This document shows positions 36,001 through 50,245 of a stretch of DNA of 64,000 nt, in pieces. The position numbers and the translations under genes are program-made. The stretch comes from Eledone cirrhosa. Lineage: Eukaryota. The notes below the pieces were generated by a model that saw only the letters and a program-made list of their open reading frames with translations, ran no database searches and was not told where the DNA came from. The first letter of the stretch is position 1. Each line of letters starts with the position of its first letter. The DNA is taken from positions 367,102,001-367,166,000 of the forward strand of contig OZ024743.1 of assembly GCA_964016885.1 (NCBI GenBank), given 5' to 3'.

Positions 36001-38589
36001 AACCTAATCTATCATTAAGTTTAATACCCCCCTCGTTAGTAGATTTCACATTATTGTAGGTGTTTGAACCAAGTCTCCAGTTAGAGGATAACTGCCTCAC
36101 TTTCTCCTTTGACTAAAGCATAAACAATTGAAATGTACCAGCTTTTTTAAAAATGATAAACATAAGTTTTACAAAAAAATTGCAGGATTATAAAGATGAT
36201 ATTTATGTGAATCTTGAGTAGTCTTAAGTGTCATCAAACAGAGTTAATAAATACAGATAATAAAAAGAAATTAGGACAAAACTTCAGAAATTTTAGTAAT
36301 CAATATTTTTTTTATAAACAAGTGCTTACACAAAAATTTACATTCAATCAATTTGTTAATGTATATATTAAAGCATGTGAAGGTATAAATTAGAGAAGCA
36401 GCTTAATCTGTAAGTTAAGGTATCACACGGGATTGATTTAGGAACATTAAAGAGCAAAATAATTAATCTTTAAAAATTTATTTCAAAGGCATACAACATA
36501 CATGGAAATTATAAATATTCTTCAAACATGCACTGAAAAAATACCAAAATATATCACAAATTAGCAAAACAAGAAAATGTTGCAAAAATAGATCTAACAT
36601 TTGTTAATTGTAATGCTTTTCTTATAGTTTTGATAATTAGATATATAATTAGATTATTACCTAATGAAAAAATCCTTAATATTTTAAATATCATCATCAT
36701 CTGATATACTAATATTTCAAGGGATAAAAAAAAAGCCAGAGAAATAAGAGTTCATGAGAAACTAGTGATTACAGAATAATCTACCTCATCATTGTATTAT
36801 TCTTTGGTGAAGAGACCAGACTTCAATAAGAAACAAAAGAAAATCAATAGAATTGATAAAAATGATTAAAAACCATCAGAAAAAAATCAAGAATTGAATA
36901 AATTCTTAGCTATTTTCTAATGTTTTGATATCGGTTGTTATTGTCTGTAAGTGCACTTCATCTAAAGAATGTTTCTTTTTTTATCAACTAATGAAATTCT
37001 AAATTTTAGATATATTTTTTCAAGCTATTCATTTTAACATTTGACTTTTAGTTTTTACTGAGTGTACATATTCACTCAACCTGTTAGAAATAACAGTCAA
37101 ATCTCACCCATTATAAGTAAGGAAAGGATACATTAGACAATGTAATCTTAAAAAAGATGGTATAGTTACAGCTAGAATGCCTTTTATCATTAATCATTTA
37201 GATCAGGGTTGATCTAGGGCTAAGCAACAACTCTAAATAATATTTTGGATGATGTGTGGGTAGAGTCTAGCACCCCTTTGTTTTATAGTTAATATGAACT
37301 TTAACACAATCATTGCAATATTTTGAACAATATACTATCTATATGTTTCCATTAATTTTGAAAATAATCAAGGATTTGGAGGGATTTAATAAAGTAAGAA
37401 ACTGGTGTTTGGAATTTAACAAAAAGTTTCTTAAATTTTTTATATAAATAGAAATACTTTAAAATGGGTGGATTTTGTATCTTAAAAACAGGTAATTTCA
37501 GGTGGGGGATGATATAAAAAGGGTTGAGCCATTTAAAATGTATTTTTCTATCACAATATATGGCCAGATTTGTTTTCCTCTGATTGCAACCGCAAGTAAA
37601 TGGAAATAGTTCATAATATCAATCTAGCAGAGGGAACCTATTATCATTACTTGTGTCATCTATGATTTATCTGTAATGCAAAAAGACAAAAAAAAAATAA
37701 TAATAAAGAAAAAGCATCTAAACTTTTCACAGCCACACCTAAGTAATTAATTCAAATGATTGGTGCATCCTACCAACACCACATCAACAACAACAAATCA
37801 ACAAACTTTGTAGTATATTTACTATCAAATATTTTCTAAGCTCCATTTCATCAGTTAGAAATACTCTATCTTGGAGATCATATCAAAGCAATGAAATTTT
37901 AGTTAATTTAAAAAAAAAAGTTTTTTGAATGATATAAATTTAATTAGAAAGTTTGCCAACATTTTAACTAGATAACTTGATAATTTTGAAAGCTTCTAAC
38001 AATATTGACATGGTATTGGGAAACATTTCATCATAATTTCTAATGGTTATAAATTTCTTTATTTTGGAATTGCTAGATTACAATGTTTATTTTTTATAAT
38101 GGTTTATTTTTTTAGTTAAAATATTTGAATATTTCAATCAGGTTTTGTTAATCTACATATTTATATGATTATTAAGTGGACACATTATTATTACTATTAT
38201 GTTTCCCCCTTTGCACCAAGAAATTACTTTTATGTATTTTCAATCATGAGAGTTTTTCTATACTGCACTATTAGCTGTAATTTTGTGTTAGTGATGTGTG
38301 TGCAGCATTATCTTGTGGCAAAATGGGAGTTTGAGTGTTAAATCTAATATTTTGTGTTGTGGGGTTTGTTTTGTTATTCTCACTGTTCTCTATTTATCAT
38401 TATGTTTTCAACAGCTTTATGTGAGGTTCTACAACACCACCAGGTGCCCCTCCCTGTTTCTGAAGTGTGTGGAGCATTGTCTTTTGTGAGAGATGTAGAA
38501 TTATGTTTGTTTACTACATAAGATTTGCTTTGTTGTGGAATTTGTTTTCTTGTTTCTGGTGTTATTTTAGTGTTTTTTTTTCTGTTGTG

Positions 38590-38678
38590 TATATTATGTG
38601 TTGTGTGATTAGTGTTATGTATATTATGTGTTGTGTGATTAGTGTTATGTATATTATGTGTTGTGTGATTAGTGTTAT
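38590..38678. repeat. 30-bp tandem repeat x3
   Basis: Unit tatattatgtgttgtgtgattagtgttatg. Confidence 0.9.
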
Positions 38679-38726
38679 GAGGTTTAGTGTTAGGTGGTGA
38701 TTGGATAGAGTATGAGCCAGTGGGTT

Positions 38727-39071
38727 CATTCATCATTTCATTTCATTTTACGTCCGCTTTTTCCCTGCTTGCAAGGGTGGGACGGGAACTGATTCTGGCT
38801 TGATTTCTACAGCTGGATGCCCTTCCTAACACCAACCTCATTTACAGTGAGTGCTGGGTGCTTTTTTGCCGTGGCACCTCCACGACCACTTTGCAGTGGA
38901 ATGATATGGACCCCAGACCCTATCATCTCATTTCTACAGCTGAGTAAACTGGAGCAATGTGAAATGAAGTGTCTTGCTCAAGGAAACAACACATCACCCG
39001 GTCTGAGAATTGAACTCACAACCTTTCGATTGCAAGGCTAATGCTCTAACCACTAAGCCATGTGCCTCCAC
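38727..39071 (-). mobile_element. SINE family B (close copy of 9606-9963)
   Basis: Near identity to 9606-9963 over the full length. Confidence 0.9.
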
Positions 39072-39575
39072 ATGGGTTGGATATATTATTAAGAAGCAAC
39101 TATGTAGAATGTGAATTGTGCGAGTTGTTGGTGCTATAATGTTGAGCATTAACCATGTAAGACTATATGTTGAGGTATTTTATTGCATGGCAGTTGTGTA
39201 GAGTATGTGTTGTGTTATTTTATTGAATGATTATTGAAAAGTGTATTATGTGCAGAGAGTGTATTGTTTGAGTTGTGCTACTGAATTGGAAGTGTGTAGG
39301 ATGTAAACTGTACCTAGTAGGAGACTATCTTTTAGACTGCATACAATGTTGTGAACATGGTGTAGCTTGTATATTTTTGTTTATATATTTTTTTTAATAA
39401 TACCTAGTGTTCCAATTGCTACTATGTTTACTTTCATGCCTCACACCCTACTTATTGCAATTTCAAGTCTCTTGTATTTTGACTGTTACACCATCTCCTG
39501 GGCAATGTGTTAGTCAAAAGGGATCAGAGTGTCTATCAGAATAAAGACATTTTTTTTATTTTAGACAATAATAAT

Positions 39576-39640
39576 TGTTTCTACTTTTGGCACAAGGCCA
39601 GCAATTACCCAGTGCATTACTGGTACTTTATTTTATCGAC
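39576..39640 (-). mobile_element. 5'-truncated family A SINE with TSD
   Basis: The 3' ~65 bp of family A. gacaataataat occurs at 39564-39575 and 39638-39649. Confidence 0.8.
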
Positions 39641-39659
39641 AATAATAATGATAACTAGG

Positions 39660-41700
39660 CATTTGTTCTTGATCTCCTTGTCAGTTTAGACAGCCATCTA
39701 TCAGATGAATGTGGTCAGCTCATTGTTATGTACTGTGTTTGGTATATATCTATACTATTTCATATCTGTTTTCATGCAGAAGTGTTGGTATATTGCTCAG
39801 TAGTTATGTCTACTGATTAAACCATGCCTATATATATTACTTTGGATTGGGCATCCCAAGAAGATATAGCCAGCCATCTCATTATACTGTATGGTCTGTA
39901 TCTTGTTCCACTATTTCATTTTTGTAGTTGTTTGTAGCTAGGCATTGATCTTATGTAACTAAAATAAGGCTTTTAGTTTCAGCTTTGAGCCAAGAACTTT
40001 TGAGCTATTGTTGACTTTCGCTCTGGCATACTTCCTTTCTGTTGAGTCTTATGAAGTATTAGCATTACAATTGGTTTCCAATCCATTTTTTTCTCTAATA
40101 TATTTTGGAATACCTGTTTGGTTTCATCTTTTTTTGAAATCTTTTAAGCCGTTGTGTCCTTTTTCTTCAATGCCATTAGTTTCTAGTGTGTATTTAATTG
40201 TTTTTATTTTTTATTGCTTCTAAGAAAAAAAAGAAGTTTTTTTCTTCTAAGAATTCTTTTTAGTCATACAGTTCTTACTTTGTATTAGTTTTCTTATTGG
40301 ATTAAACCCCGTTTCCCATGTGTGCAAGGTAGGTGTATTCTATCTGCATTAGATTTGGGATTATGATTTCAGAATGCTCTTAGTAGTTTGTTATTTTTCT
40401 GTCTAAACTTTTCAATCTACTTAATTTTTAGTTTATTATCAATTTGGAGCTATAGCTTATTGGGAAGGCTAGTGTGTGTATGCTTACACTATTATTGCTA
40501 GTATTGAGTTTTTTTCAGTAATAGTCTAACTCATTTGTACTACTCTTTTTAAATACTACTTTTTTTTTTCAGTAATAGTCTAACTCATTTGTACTACTCT
40601 TTTTAAATTTTTCTTTCTGTCGGTTGCATTTCATCAGACTCCTCAGTATTTCTATGGGTGGTTCTGGTCTAAGTCTCTAATTGTGATGCTCCTATCTAAT
40701 TTAATGTTACCAGCTTTAGTTAATCTATCTCCATGTGGCTTTGGTATATTTGTATAACCCCATAGTATTGCCCTTTGTAAATATTTTAAGTCATCCATAT
40801 AGAGAAAATAGTTTGTCTATAGCCTCTATAACCATTGGTGGTTTTATTCAACATATTTGTTTATGGAGTTAGAGCTAAGCAGAAGAGTAGAGGAAATAAT
40901 GAGTCTGACAAAGAAGACTTCATAAGGAGATTCCTCTGTTTATGAGTATAGGTTTGATTTTAATTATCTTCTCTTTGCCTTGGTTTCCATTTTGGCATGA
41001 CATCATTGATGTACCTTGTTAAAAGTTAAGGGCTGAAACATTTGTTTGAGGGGGTTTCTTCTCTGAACAGTTTCTTATCACTAGAGCTAACTTATTCATG
41101 AGAAGGACCTCCAGTATCCAAGAGCGTCATTTACTTTATTATTATTATTATTATTATTATTATCATCATTATTTCATTTTTTTTTATCTCAGGTTTTGTT
41201 GGGACTCCTGGATTCTAGCATGAGTAGCAGGCTTGCTACCTGCAGCTTATGGTACTATGTTATTTGTTCTATTCAATTATCTAGTATTTTTCTGATAATT
41301 CTGGCTATGCCAAGGAGACAAACGTTTTGTAACAGCTCTACTGAACACTCTATTCCCATTATCTTTATTATTATTATTATTATTATTAAGAAGTAGTGTA
41401 AACCAAAAAAGGTCTCAGAGAATGCTAAAATGACCACATTTTAGGATATACCAATTCACAGACAGGAAGATCAAGGATAATTGATTGGATATTGTTTTCA
41501 ACTGCTACCAGGAAAAGAAGGGCCTTCTAATTGATTAAGAGACATGTATCTCTATACGAAATGAAGAAATTATCCAAATATAAAGATCTGGAAATAGAGA
41601 TAACTAGAATGTGGGGACAGAAAACAGAAACAACCCCCACTGCACATAAACAAGGCCCACATAACTGTACTTAGTAGTTCAGTAAAAGTACACAATAAAA
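39660..41700. mobile_element. Highly degraded R4/Dong-type LINE fragments interspersed with (ATT)n tracts
   Basis: Remnants include YMDDLK (~40785-40800, minus), LLGIARIIRKIL (~41280-41320, minus) and KYKDLEIEITRMW (~41575-41615, plus). Confidence 0.55.
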
Positions 41701-42012
41701 ATGAGACTATTGAATAATAAAAAAAAAGAAGAATGATGATGATGATAATGATGATAATGATAATAATAATAATAATAATAATAATAAACACTATACAGTT
41801 TAGAGAAGAACTTCCTGAGAGGTTAATTAATTTCAGATCTGCAGGGAGTCTTTTAATTGGAAGAAAATAAAATGTCTTATTATTAAGCAGACAATAACAA
41901 TAAATTCATACTCTATGTGAATTAATTCTCACCACACATATGTGTGTATGTATGTTTCCTAGCAAGAATGTGTAAGTGTATTTGTGTGTGTACAAATGTG
42001 TATGCTGTGTAT

Positions 42013-42015
<3 letters not shown>

Positions 42016-42088
<73 letters not shown>
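42016..42088. repeat. (TG)n microsatellite
   Basis: Directly visible. Confidence 0.97.
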
Positions 42089-42092
<4 letters not shown>

Positions 42093-43763
42093 ACAGAAGG
42101 AGTCTAGTGTATTTTGAAACACACTTTACTGCTATTAGAATAATAAAAAAAAAAGAATGAGATCAATGGTGAGGTAGTAGAAAATGGCAGATGCTTATGA
42201 TTGAATTGTTTGCTGTTTCTCACAGCAGACATAAAATAGAAACATATACCTGTGTAGACACAAATAGCCAACGGCTAAAATGAAAGACAGTTGGAATAAT
42301 ACAGGAAAAAATTTCAATTATATATGCTGCCATGCAGAAGGCAGTATTGAAAAAGAACAAAATAGAATTGAGGCAAGTCACATTTTAGTTACCCTGAAGT
42401 TAGTTTGTAATGAGATGCCAGCTTAATAGTTAGATATGTTTTAAAATATTTAGTTTGTAATTTTAGTCTTAACAGTATTAGATAAAAATGTTTTGAGAAA
42501 TGTTCTGGTATTGATTATATTCTGAAAAGAATTTGTCATTTTACAGATATCTGAAATAGTCAAGCTGGGTTCCAGCAGGGAGCAAGAACAGAACTAAAAA
42601 GGTATATTACAACTTCATAATGTATTTTCAAGCGTTGAAGTAGTCTGTTCAGAAAAAATTCTAAAAGGACAAAAAAAAAAAAAAAAAAAAAAATGGCTGT
42701 CAATAGCAGGATTGAAGTTTTCACCAAACTGAGTTCTTTGACAGTATTAAAATTTAATCTTGTTTATTGGACAGGTAGAATAATCAAAGATTAAATTAGA
42801 TTAACTCTAACAACTAATTAATGGCAGATTACTTGGAAAATCATTAAAGGAATTTAGATAAATATATTAATGAAGGAAAAGAGGGGCAGTGGTATTTTCT
42901 AATACTCTTTTTTACTGATATTTTTTCATCCTATCTTATTTCCCCATCCTATCTAATCATTAAGCGGAATTATTTTTCTTTAGCAAACTTTGTATTTTAC
43001 TTTTGACATTCAGAATAAATATATAATAAACAGAACTACAGAAAGAAATTGACTAGTTTTTTTTTGTCTTTGTAAATATTATCAATAATTTAAAAACATA
43101 ACATTGGACTATTTTTCAAATGGAAAATAAAAATATTATCGATACTATTATTATGATTAGAAGTAGTATTATTAGAATATAAATACATATAGAAAAATCT
43201 TGTTATCTTACAACACAACAGAAGAAAAAAGATAAATTATTTTGATCACAGAAACAAAATGAGTGAAAATAAGAATTATTAAAAGGTTAGTTAACAAAAA
43301 CTCATCATTCTGTTAAAAAAAGAATTAATAAAAAATCCTAGGATAATAAAATATCAATAATGAAATATTTAATTTACTGAAACTTATTTAAAACCAAGTT
43401 ATCTAATCATGTTTATTTTTGTGATCAAATATGTATGCTTTTTTCAGTTTTGGTTATTCCTCCAGCACATGATTATCTTGGGATTTAAAGACCAGTTAAG
43501 GCAGCTTTAATTTCTATGGTAACCATCTAATTAAATTGGCACCAGATGCTCTGCCTTAGCTATCTGAAACCAATGATGGAGGTTTGATATTTGAGATATG
43601 GGTACAGATGACTGAAAGAACTAAGTCTCCAACTAATTTGATGTGGGTGAACCAAGATTATTATGCTTGGAAGCACAATTTCACATTCACAATGGATTGA
43701 TCTATGCTTTAATGTTTTTATTTCACCTCGGATGAATATCCCAAGATGCTTCTAGAAATTCTG

Positions 43764-43990
43764 AACCTGATGGTTCCCAACTCTCATCAGGCCATTGATT
43801 ATAAGATCCAGTTTGTACTCAGCTGGGTATTTCAAAATGATCCCCAGCCCAGTACCTTCAAGATGTTGCTGGTAGTTTTGCAACCTGATGATCCTCAATT
43901 CTCACCAGGCCACTGTTTATATCATCCAGTTTGTACTCAGCTGGGTATTTCAATATGATCCCCATCCCAGTACCTACTAGATATTCATTG
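43764..43990. repeat. Diverged ~118-bp tandem duplication
   Basis: aacctgatg...caggcca...atccagtttgtactcagctgggtatttcaa...cccagtacct begins at ~43764 and ~43882. Confidence 0.85.
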
Positions 43991-45255
43991 GTGATATGAC
44001 AAAAACTGTTGCTTCCAGCATTACCTGGGTTTACTCACATAATGGATACAAATAGAAAAATAGTTATATATACATTATTGTACACACCCACAGCTATATA
44101 TATATATATATACACATATATATGTATATACACACATATATATATATACAAACATGATTAATCATGTCCTGTTGATTAACAGATGATGGATGCTGGAGAT
44201 TATTTATCATAGTTCCTGACCCAACATACTTTGATACACAAAATAAACCTTTACAGATTAAAATGTATGAAAATGAGGTTTATTACAAAAAAGATTGAAA
44301 GATTGTAAAAATTTTGAATTTAAAACCAATTAATGAAATTTTGAATATAAATTCCATTAATCCATTAATTTCAAACCAAATTTAATAAATCAATTTTTAA
44401 AGTCAATAAAGTAAAATTCAAAATGGTGTTCTTAATATGAACTGTTATCCAAAGAGTTGCAATTCTAAGGAGAAAGTAATGAATTAGAATATGTGCAATG
44501 TTAAGTGTAGCTAGGGTCTATTATACTACAGTATTAAATAATATATATTTATGCACAATGTTGTGTATATTAGACAGATTGAGATAAATTCAACACAGTT
44601 TAAATTATAAGCATTGCTGTGAAAACAGAATTTAATGTAAATATACTATTACTTTTCCTTACCCAGAAAAATAGGCAATCCCAATACATTATTGTTTAAT
44701 AAGAGAATAATAGTATCATTACATTTGTTTATATTTTCACAGTGAGTCTTATATAAACTGTAGATATACCTACATTAAATTTATCTCATATCATATACTA
44801 CCATTATCTAAATAAACACCATAGTTTGATGTTCCAAACATTTAGGTAAACTCTTTCAATATATTGACCTTAGTTTTGTTAACTTCAATTTTTAGCTAAC
44901 AATACATATATGGTTAATTTCCTACAAGGGAGCAAAATGAAAACAGAAACAATATTCTTAGCTTTGAAAAGGAACAAACTCATAAAGACAGTTTAATTGG
45001 AAGTTTTGATAAAATTGTTCCCTGTTCAGTAGAAAATGTTAAAACCAAGTTATCTTGCATTCTGCATAGTTTTAATTGTCTTGAGATTCCACAAGATATA
45101 TTTTGAAAGAATATATGTAAAAAAAAAAGATAATATAGCCAGTATTTGTGAAATAATGCTAGGGGTTATGTCATGAAATAGACATACAGAGCACTTTAGA
45201 TTTTGATTTAAAAAAGTATTCTACTGATTTAGTTGTGTCCAAATGCATGTGTGTA

Positions 45256-45258
<3 letters not shown>

Positions 45259-45345
<87 letters not shown>
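45259..45345. repeat. (TA)n(GA)n microsatellite
   Basis: Directly visible. Confidence 0.97.
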
Positions 45346-45346
<1 letters not shown>

Positions 45347-45743
45347 ATAATTTTGAATTTATTAGAAATAGACTTGAATTCAAGTATCAATTTTTTAGTG
45401 AGAAATGTTTCAAAATAAGCAGCAAGCAGAATTGACAAGATTTTTAATCAACATTTTGAAATAAATATATGAATTAACCAATTTTGACAGAGTGATGAAA
45501 TTTTACCTGCCAAAAATTCTGTTGGCAACTTTTCTAGATACTTGGCTTGCTATTATAATGTATTTTCTTTTTAAAATTTTCATATGTAATCTATTTAGTT
45601 GGTGTATGTCTGAAACCAACAAAATATTGATTCTACATTTCATTACTAAACATTTCTTAAGTGTATTTGTGTATGTGTATCTGCATGTACATGCATGTGC
45701 ATGCTTATATTTATATTTATTGGTATGTATGCAAATGTGTATG

Positions 45744-45775
<32 letters not shown>

Positions 45776-45813
45776 TATATGTATGCATGTATTTATGTAT
45801 GTTCATATGAATG

Positions 45814-45854
<41 letters not shown>

Positions 45855-46719
45855 ATAGAGAGAGAGAGGGAGAGGGAAGAGAGAGAGGAAGAGAGATTTA
45901 TATGTGAAGGTAGGTATATGTATGTGTGCACAACTAATGGAAATTTCTGACAAATAGCAAAATATTCATAAATAAAGCAAGAAATAAATTTCATCCAAGA
46001 AACGTTAAGCTTTGATATCATATTCTTTTGGTCAGACAAACACAATTGTTTTCTTTGCTTTACCAAGTTGTATTGTGAATAGAAGACTTCCAGCTAAGAA
46101 GAAACATATTTTTTTCTTCAGTAGGAGATTGAGAAATTATTTTGATGTTCTTCTGTTTTTATTTCTGCTTTAAAATTGTCCAAACAATGGCATTTTAAAA
46201 GAAATACTTGTACCTTATTACTTCAGTTCACCAGCAAGCAAAATATGTAGGTAAAAGAAATAAGCAAAGAAGATATATCTATTGTTTCTAACAAGCTTCA
46301 GTTAGAAAAAGATAAAGCAGCAGTATAATATTTTAGTTAGTTTTGTAGGCCATCACTGGGTCTGTACTGAAAGATCTGAAATGGAAAAATATTGGGAGAC
46401 ATGTTAGACATTTATAAGGAAACACATTATAATTTTATATTAGATACTATGTTAGAAAATATTTTTTGTATTTGACCATATTTTTATATATTGGTCCATA
46501 GGTTTATAATATATATATATATAATATTATATATAGTAGATCATGTTTATATATAGGGGTATTTTACCTGATTTCCTAAGCTATTATTAATAGTGACTGG
46601 CTGTTGTTACAGTTATTTTCTTCATTTGGGATTCCCACATTTTCAAATTTCAAATCACCCAGCACTTTGATAATTGATAAAATATATGTTTATCATCATC
46701 ACCATCATCATATATAATA

Positions 46720-46970
46720 TTCCCAGTCCATTCTGTAAGGTTCTGATGTTATGATAAAAAACACCCAGTTCACCCAGTAAGGTGGTAGTGCTCGTGCCAA
46801 AATGCTTCCATTTCATGCTATAAAATAGTTAGCATTAGGAAGGGCATCAAACAATAGATACCAAACCAAAAACAGAATGTATGTGCAAGGCATTGAGCCT
46901 CAGGATGTAACAGCCTGTCTAACCCATGCAAGCATATAAAATGGCCACTAACCAATGATGATGATGATAT
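46720..46970 (+). mobile_element. Degraded RTE-type tail
   Basis: gcattaggaagggcatc...aacccatgcaagcat...(gat)n. Confidence 0.65.
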
Positions 46971-48699
46971 ATGTGTGAAACTTAAGGTAGATATAGCTAC
47001 TGTTTTTGAATTAGAGGCCTCTGCTGTAAAAAGAATGAATATACTTTTTTTTTCAATTTTCTGTTTCCTACCTATGTAATGTCACTCTTGTGGCAAATAT
47101 TAAAAGAATATTAAAAAAAAGAATATTAAAAAAAATCATCATCATTATATTATTGCTGTTGTTGTTATCATAATTTTGTTGTTAATGTTATAACTATTGT
47201 TATTATTATTAATAGTTTTGCTTTTTGTTTTTCTATAACATCTGTTCTGTTTTCTCTGAAGAAATCTATGCGATGTTTGAATCAAATAAGTGTTGCATAC
47301 AAAAATATAAAAAAAAATAGACTACTTGATAAAAAAGAGAAAACCACTGTTAAATTACAGCAGCTGATATCAGAAAGAATCCTTAATAAAATAATGGTAG
47401 AAAGATTCTATACAAAAAAACAAAACAAAAACAAAAGTAAATGACAAACAAGCAAAAACAAACCAACCAAAAATCTCCATTGTTATAGGAAATAAACAGA
47501 GTTTGTATTATTCTAAATATACATGATAATATTCTACAGTTAATAGAATTTCACTGTTCAAGAAATGACTTTATTTAGCATTGTGTTAAAATAGCTGTCT
47601 CAGTAACCATATATTTTTCTGATAGAAGATTTCAGAGTAAGGAGTAGTATAGAATACTTGGAGCAATGTTGATGTTGGTAGTAATGCTGGTTTGTAACTG
47701 CTGCTGGTGTTGCTGCCAGTGATAGCAGTGGTGGAGGAGGAAGAAAACTTCAGGGTTAAACATCTTTATATTCTTATTTCGAAGGAAATATTGAATGCAA
47801 CAAAATTAAATTTAATTCGTATAATTTTTCTTACAGATATGAATAATTTTGTAGACATATTTACGTATTTGTTCATATTATTTTCCAATATCTGAAAAGT
47901 AAGTAAGCAAAAAAAAAAAAAAAAAGAACAAAACAAAACAAAAACCCAACAAACAAAAATACTAGCTCTTTTTGGTATGTAGTTTGCTGCAACAGTGACA
48001 TATCTTTAATAGAATGGATACTTTGTGCTCTTTCTAGACAGAAGCCTGTGGATTTTAGGTGAAATGTTAAATAGGAAGATGGTGTATATGATAATGAAAT
48101 TACTACAATGGAGATTCAATCCTGGAACAAGAAGCCATCTTGTCCTTCTATAGCAATGTATATGTGGCTGTAGTATGGCAGATTAGTTAAAAAGTTTGTT
48201 TTGTAATTAAGACTTGGATTCAATCCTGATGCATTGCATTTTACGATAGTGTCTCTTACCATAGCCTTAGGTTGATTTAAACCTTCTAACTGAAATTAAG
48301 TTGATGGAAACTGTGCAGAAGCCTGTTGGATTGTACATGTAATTTCGATGTCCAGCCTTGTAACACACTTTGTCATGCTGATTCTGCTTGAAAATTACAT
48401 GAAAAGTATACAAGTCTGTGGAATACTCAACCACTTACATGCTAATTCAATGAGTAAGTAGTTCAGTTGATGACACAACTGAATACTCATCATCAAAGCT
48501 GCCAGAGATCCATTTACAACCCATATATAATTTAACAATGAACCTGGTAATGTAACTGTCTCTCCCTTTTCCCTATTAAATAAGATATCTATATCCTTAT
48601 CTGACTCCATCTCTGCTTGCTCACCTATGATGGTATATATACATACATACAGTCGTGTCAATTGCTCTTTTACAAAAACACCTAGTCCATCCTGTACAG

Positions 48700-48885
48700 C
48701 AGCCATGTCAAACATGCAGCCCGCAGCCCTTTACAAGCACACCTGCGGCTCGCACAAAGGTTTTTACAGTGCGCGCAAGTTTTATCTTAGCTGTAATGTG
48801 CGCAATTAGTTGTTGTGTGTGGCCCTCAGACAACACATATGTGACCCATGTGGCCCTCAGGTGGATCCACAGTTTGACATGCCTG
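48700..48885 (+). mobile_element. hAT (Buster-like) MITE, second copy
   Basis: TIRs cagccatgtcaaac / gtttgacatgcctg. TSD ctgtacag (48692-48699) and ttgtacag (48886-48893). The interior is homologous to 25441-25649. Confidence 0.88.
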
Positions 48886-49439
48886 TTGTACAGTTTAGTG
48901 CTGGTGCTACAATGAAAAGCACCTAGTCCACCCTATAAGGTGGTTGTACTGGTGTCATGAGAAAATGTACTTATACCACCCTGTAAGGAGTTATGCTGGT
49001 GACACAACACAAAACACCCAGTTCACCCTGTAAGGTGATCGGTATTAGGCAGGGCATTCAGCCATAGAAAACCAAAATGGGTCATATGTGCAAGATGTAA
49101 TCACCTAGCATGTCTAGCCTCACAACATGATAGCTTGTTAATCACATACAAGCATTATATGCTGCTGCTGTTGAATATGATGATGATGTGTGTGTATATG
49201 TGTGAATACACACACACACCACACATAATGTGTGTGTGTGTTTAACTAAAAGATTAGGAAATATTTTGTTGACTTATTGTATATATTTTATTAAAGCAAG
49301 CCCACTCTCAATTTTCCAGTGTATGTTACAGTTTGTTTTTAACAAATGTGCAAATTTTATTCACAGTTGTATAAATAACATTACAAATTGTTTACAGTTC
49401 TTTCAGAATGAAAATATAAACCCATAATAAATACAATTG

Positions 49440-50245
49440 TCTATTGCTAGGAACCTCAAAGAGGATAGACGGAAGCAGAGAGTATGGGACAATCTTTCTT
49501 TGAGCAAAACTTTTAACTCTCTCTTTGATCATCCTGATAAATTTTCTAGGTGCCGCTTACTTTCTGCAATCACAAAGTTCTCAGAGGACTGGTTTGATGT
49601 CCTGCCTGTGGCCAACATTGATGGTCTCAGTTAGTATGAACTCTGCATCTCCATTGCACTCCGAGTGGGAACTGATGTCTATGGGGGTCTGAGATGTCAT
49701 TTGTGGTAGGTCACTCGACTGCACAGACCTTAATGGTTTGTCCTGTCACCTGAATACTGGTCACTTCACCTGCCATACTGAGCTAAACCTGATCATTGAG
49801 TGGGCCCTAGCTCAGGTAAATATCCCCTCAGTTCAGGAGCCAGCTGGATTATCCAGAAGTGATGGGAAGAGACCAGATGGCCTTACTCTTTGTCCCTGGG
49901 AAAGAGGCAGGTGTCTCATCTGCTATGTCACAGTCAGTGACTCTTTTGCTCCTTCCCACATCATGGATGATGCAGTAAATGTGAGAGTCACTGCTTCCAT
50001 TGCTGAACAGAATAAAATCCAAAAATACTGGGAACTATCAAACAATCATTTTTTCCAGCCTGTGGTGTTTGAGACATTTGGTGGAGTTGGGTCACTGACA
50101 GCGAAGTTCTTGTCATCGTTTGCAGCTTGCCTTACCGAGGTGTCAGTTGATGCCCTTGAGGGTGCCTGATTGTTCCAGCACCTTAGCCTCACCATCACCT
50201 GTGGTAATGCTGCGAGCGTATTGGATTGCCGCATAATATTCCATT
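49440..50245 (+). mobile_element. CRE-like LINE C-terminal fragment with restriction-like endonuclease
   Basis: WFDVLPV, IPSVQEPAGLSRSDGKRPDGLTLCPWERGRCL, AEQNKIQKY, FQPVVFETFGG. Confidence 0.85.

Noticed and set aside
40508-40610. ~45-bp direct duplication, plus similar short duplications at ~8560/8695 and 11237-11277
   Set aside because: These look like ordinary slippage duplications with no further structure.
42549-42602. Small exon (ttttacag...AAAAG|gtatat)
   Set aside because: All three frames contain stops and the donor is weak, so it cannot be supported without RNA data.
48038-48157. Possible host exon
   Set aside because: No frame stays open from the acceptor to a good donor, and no domain is recognisable.
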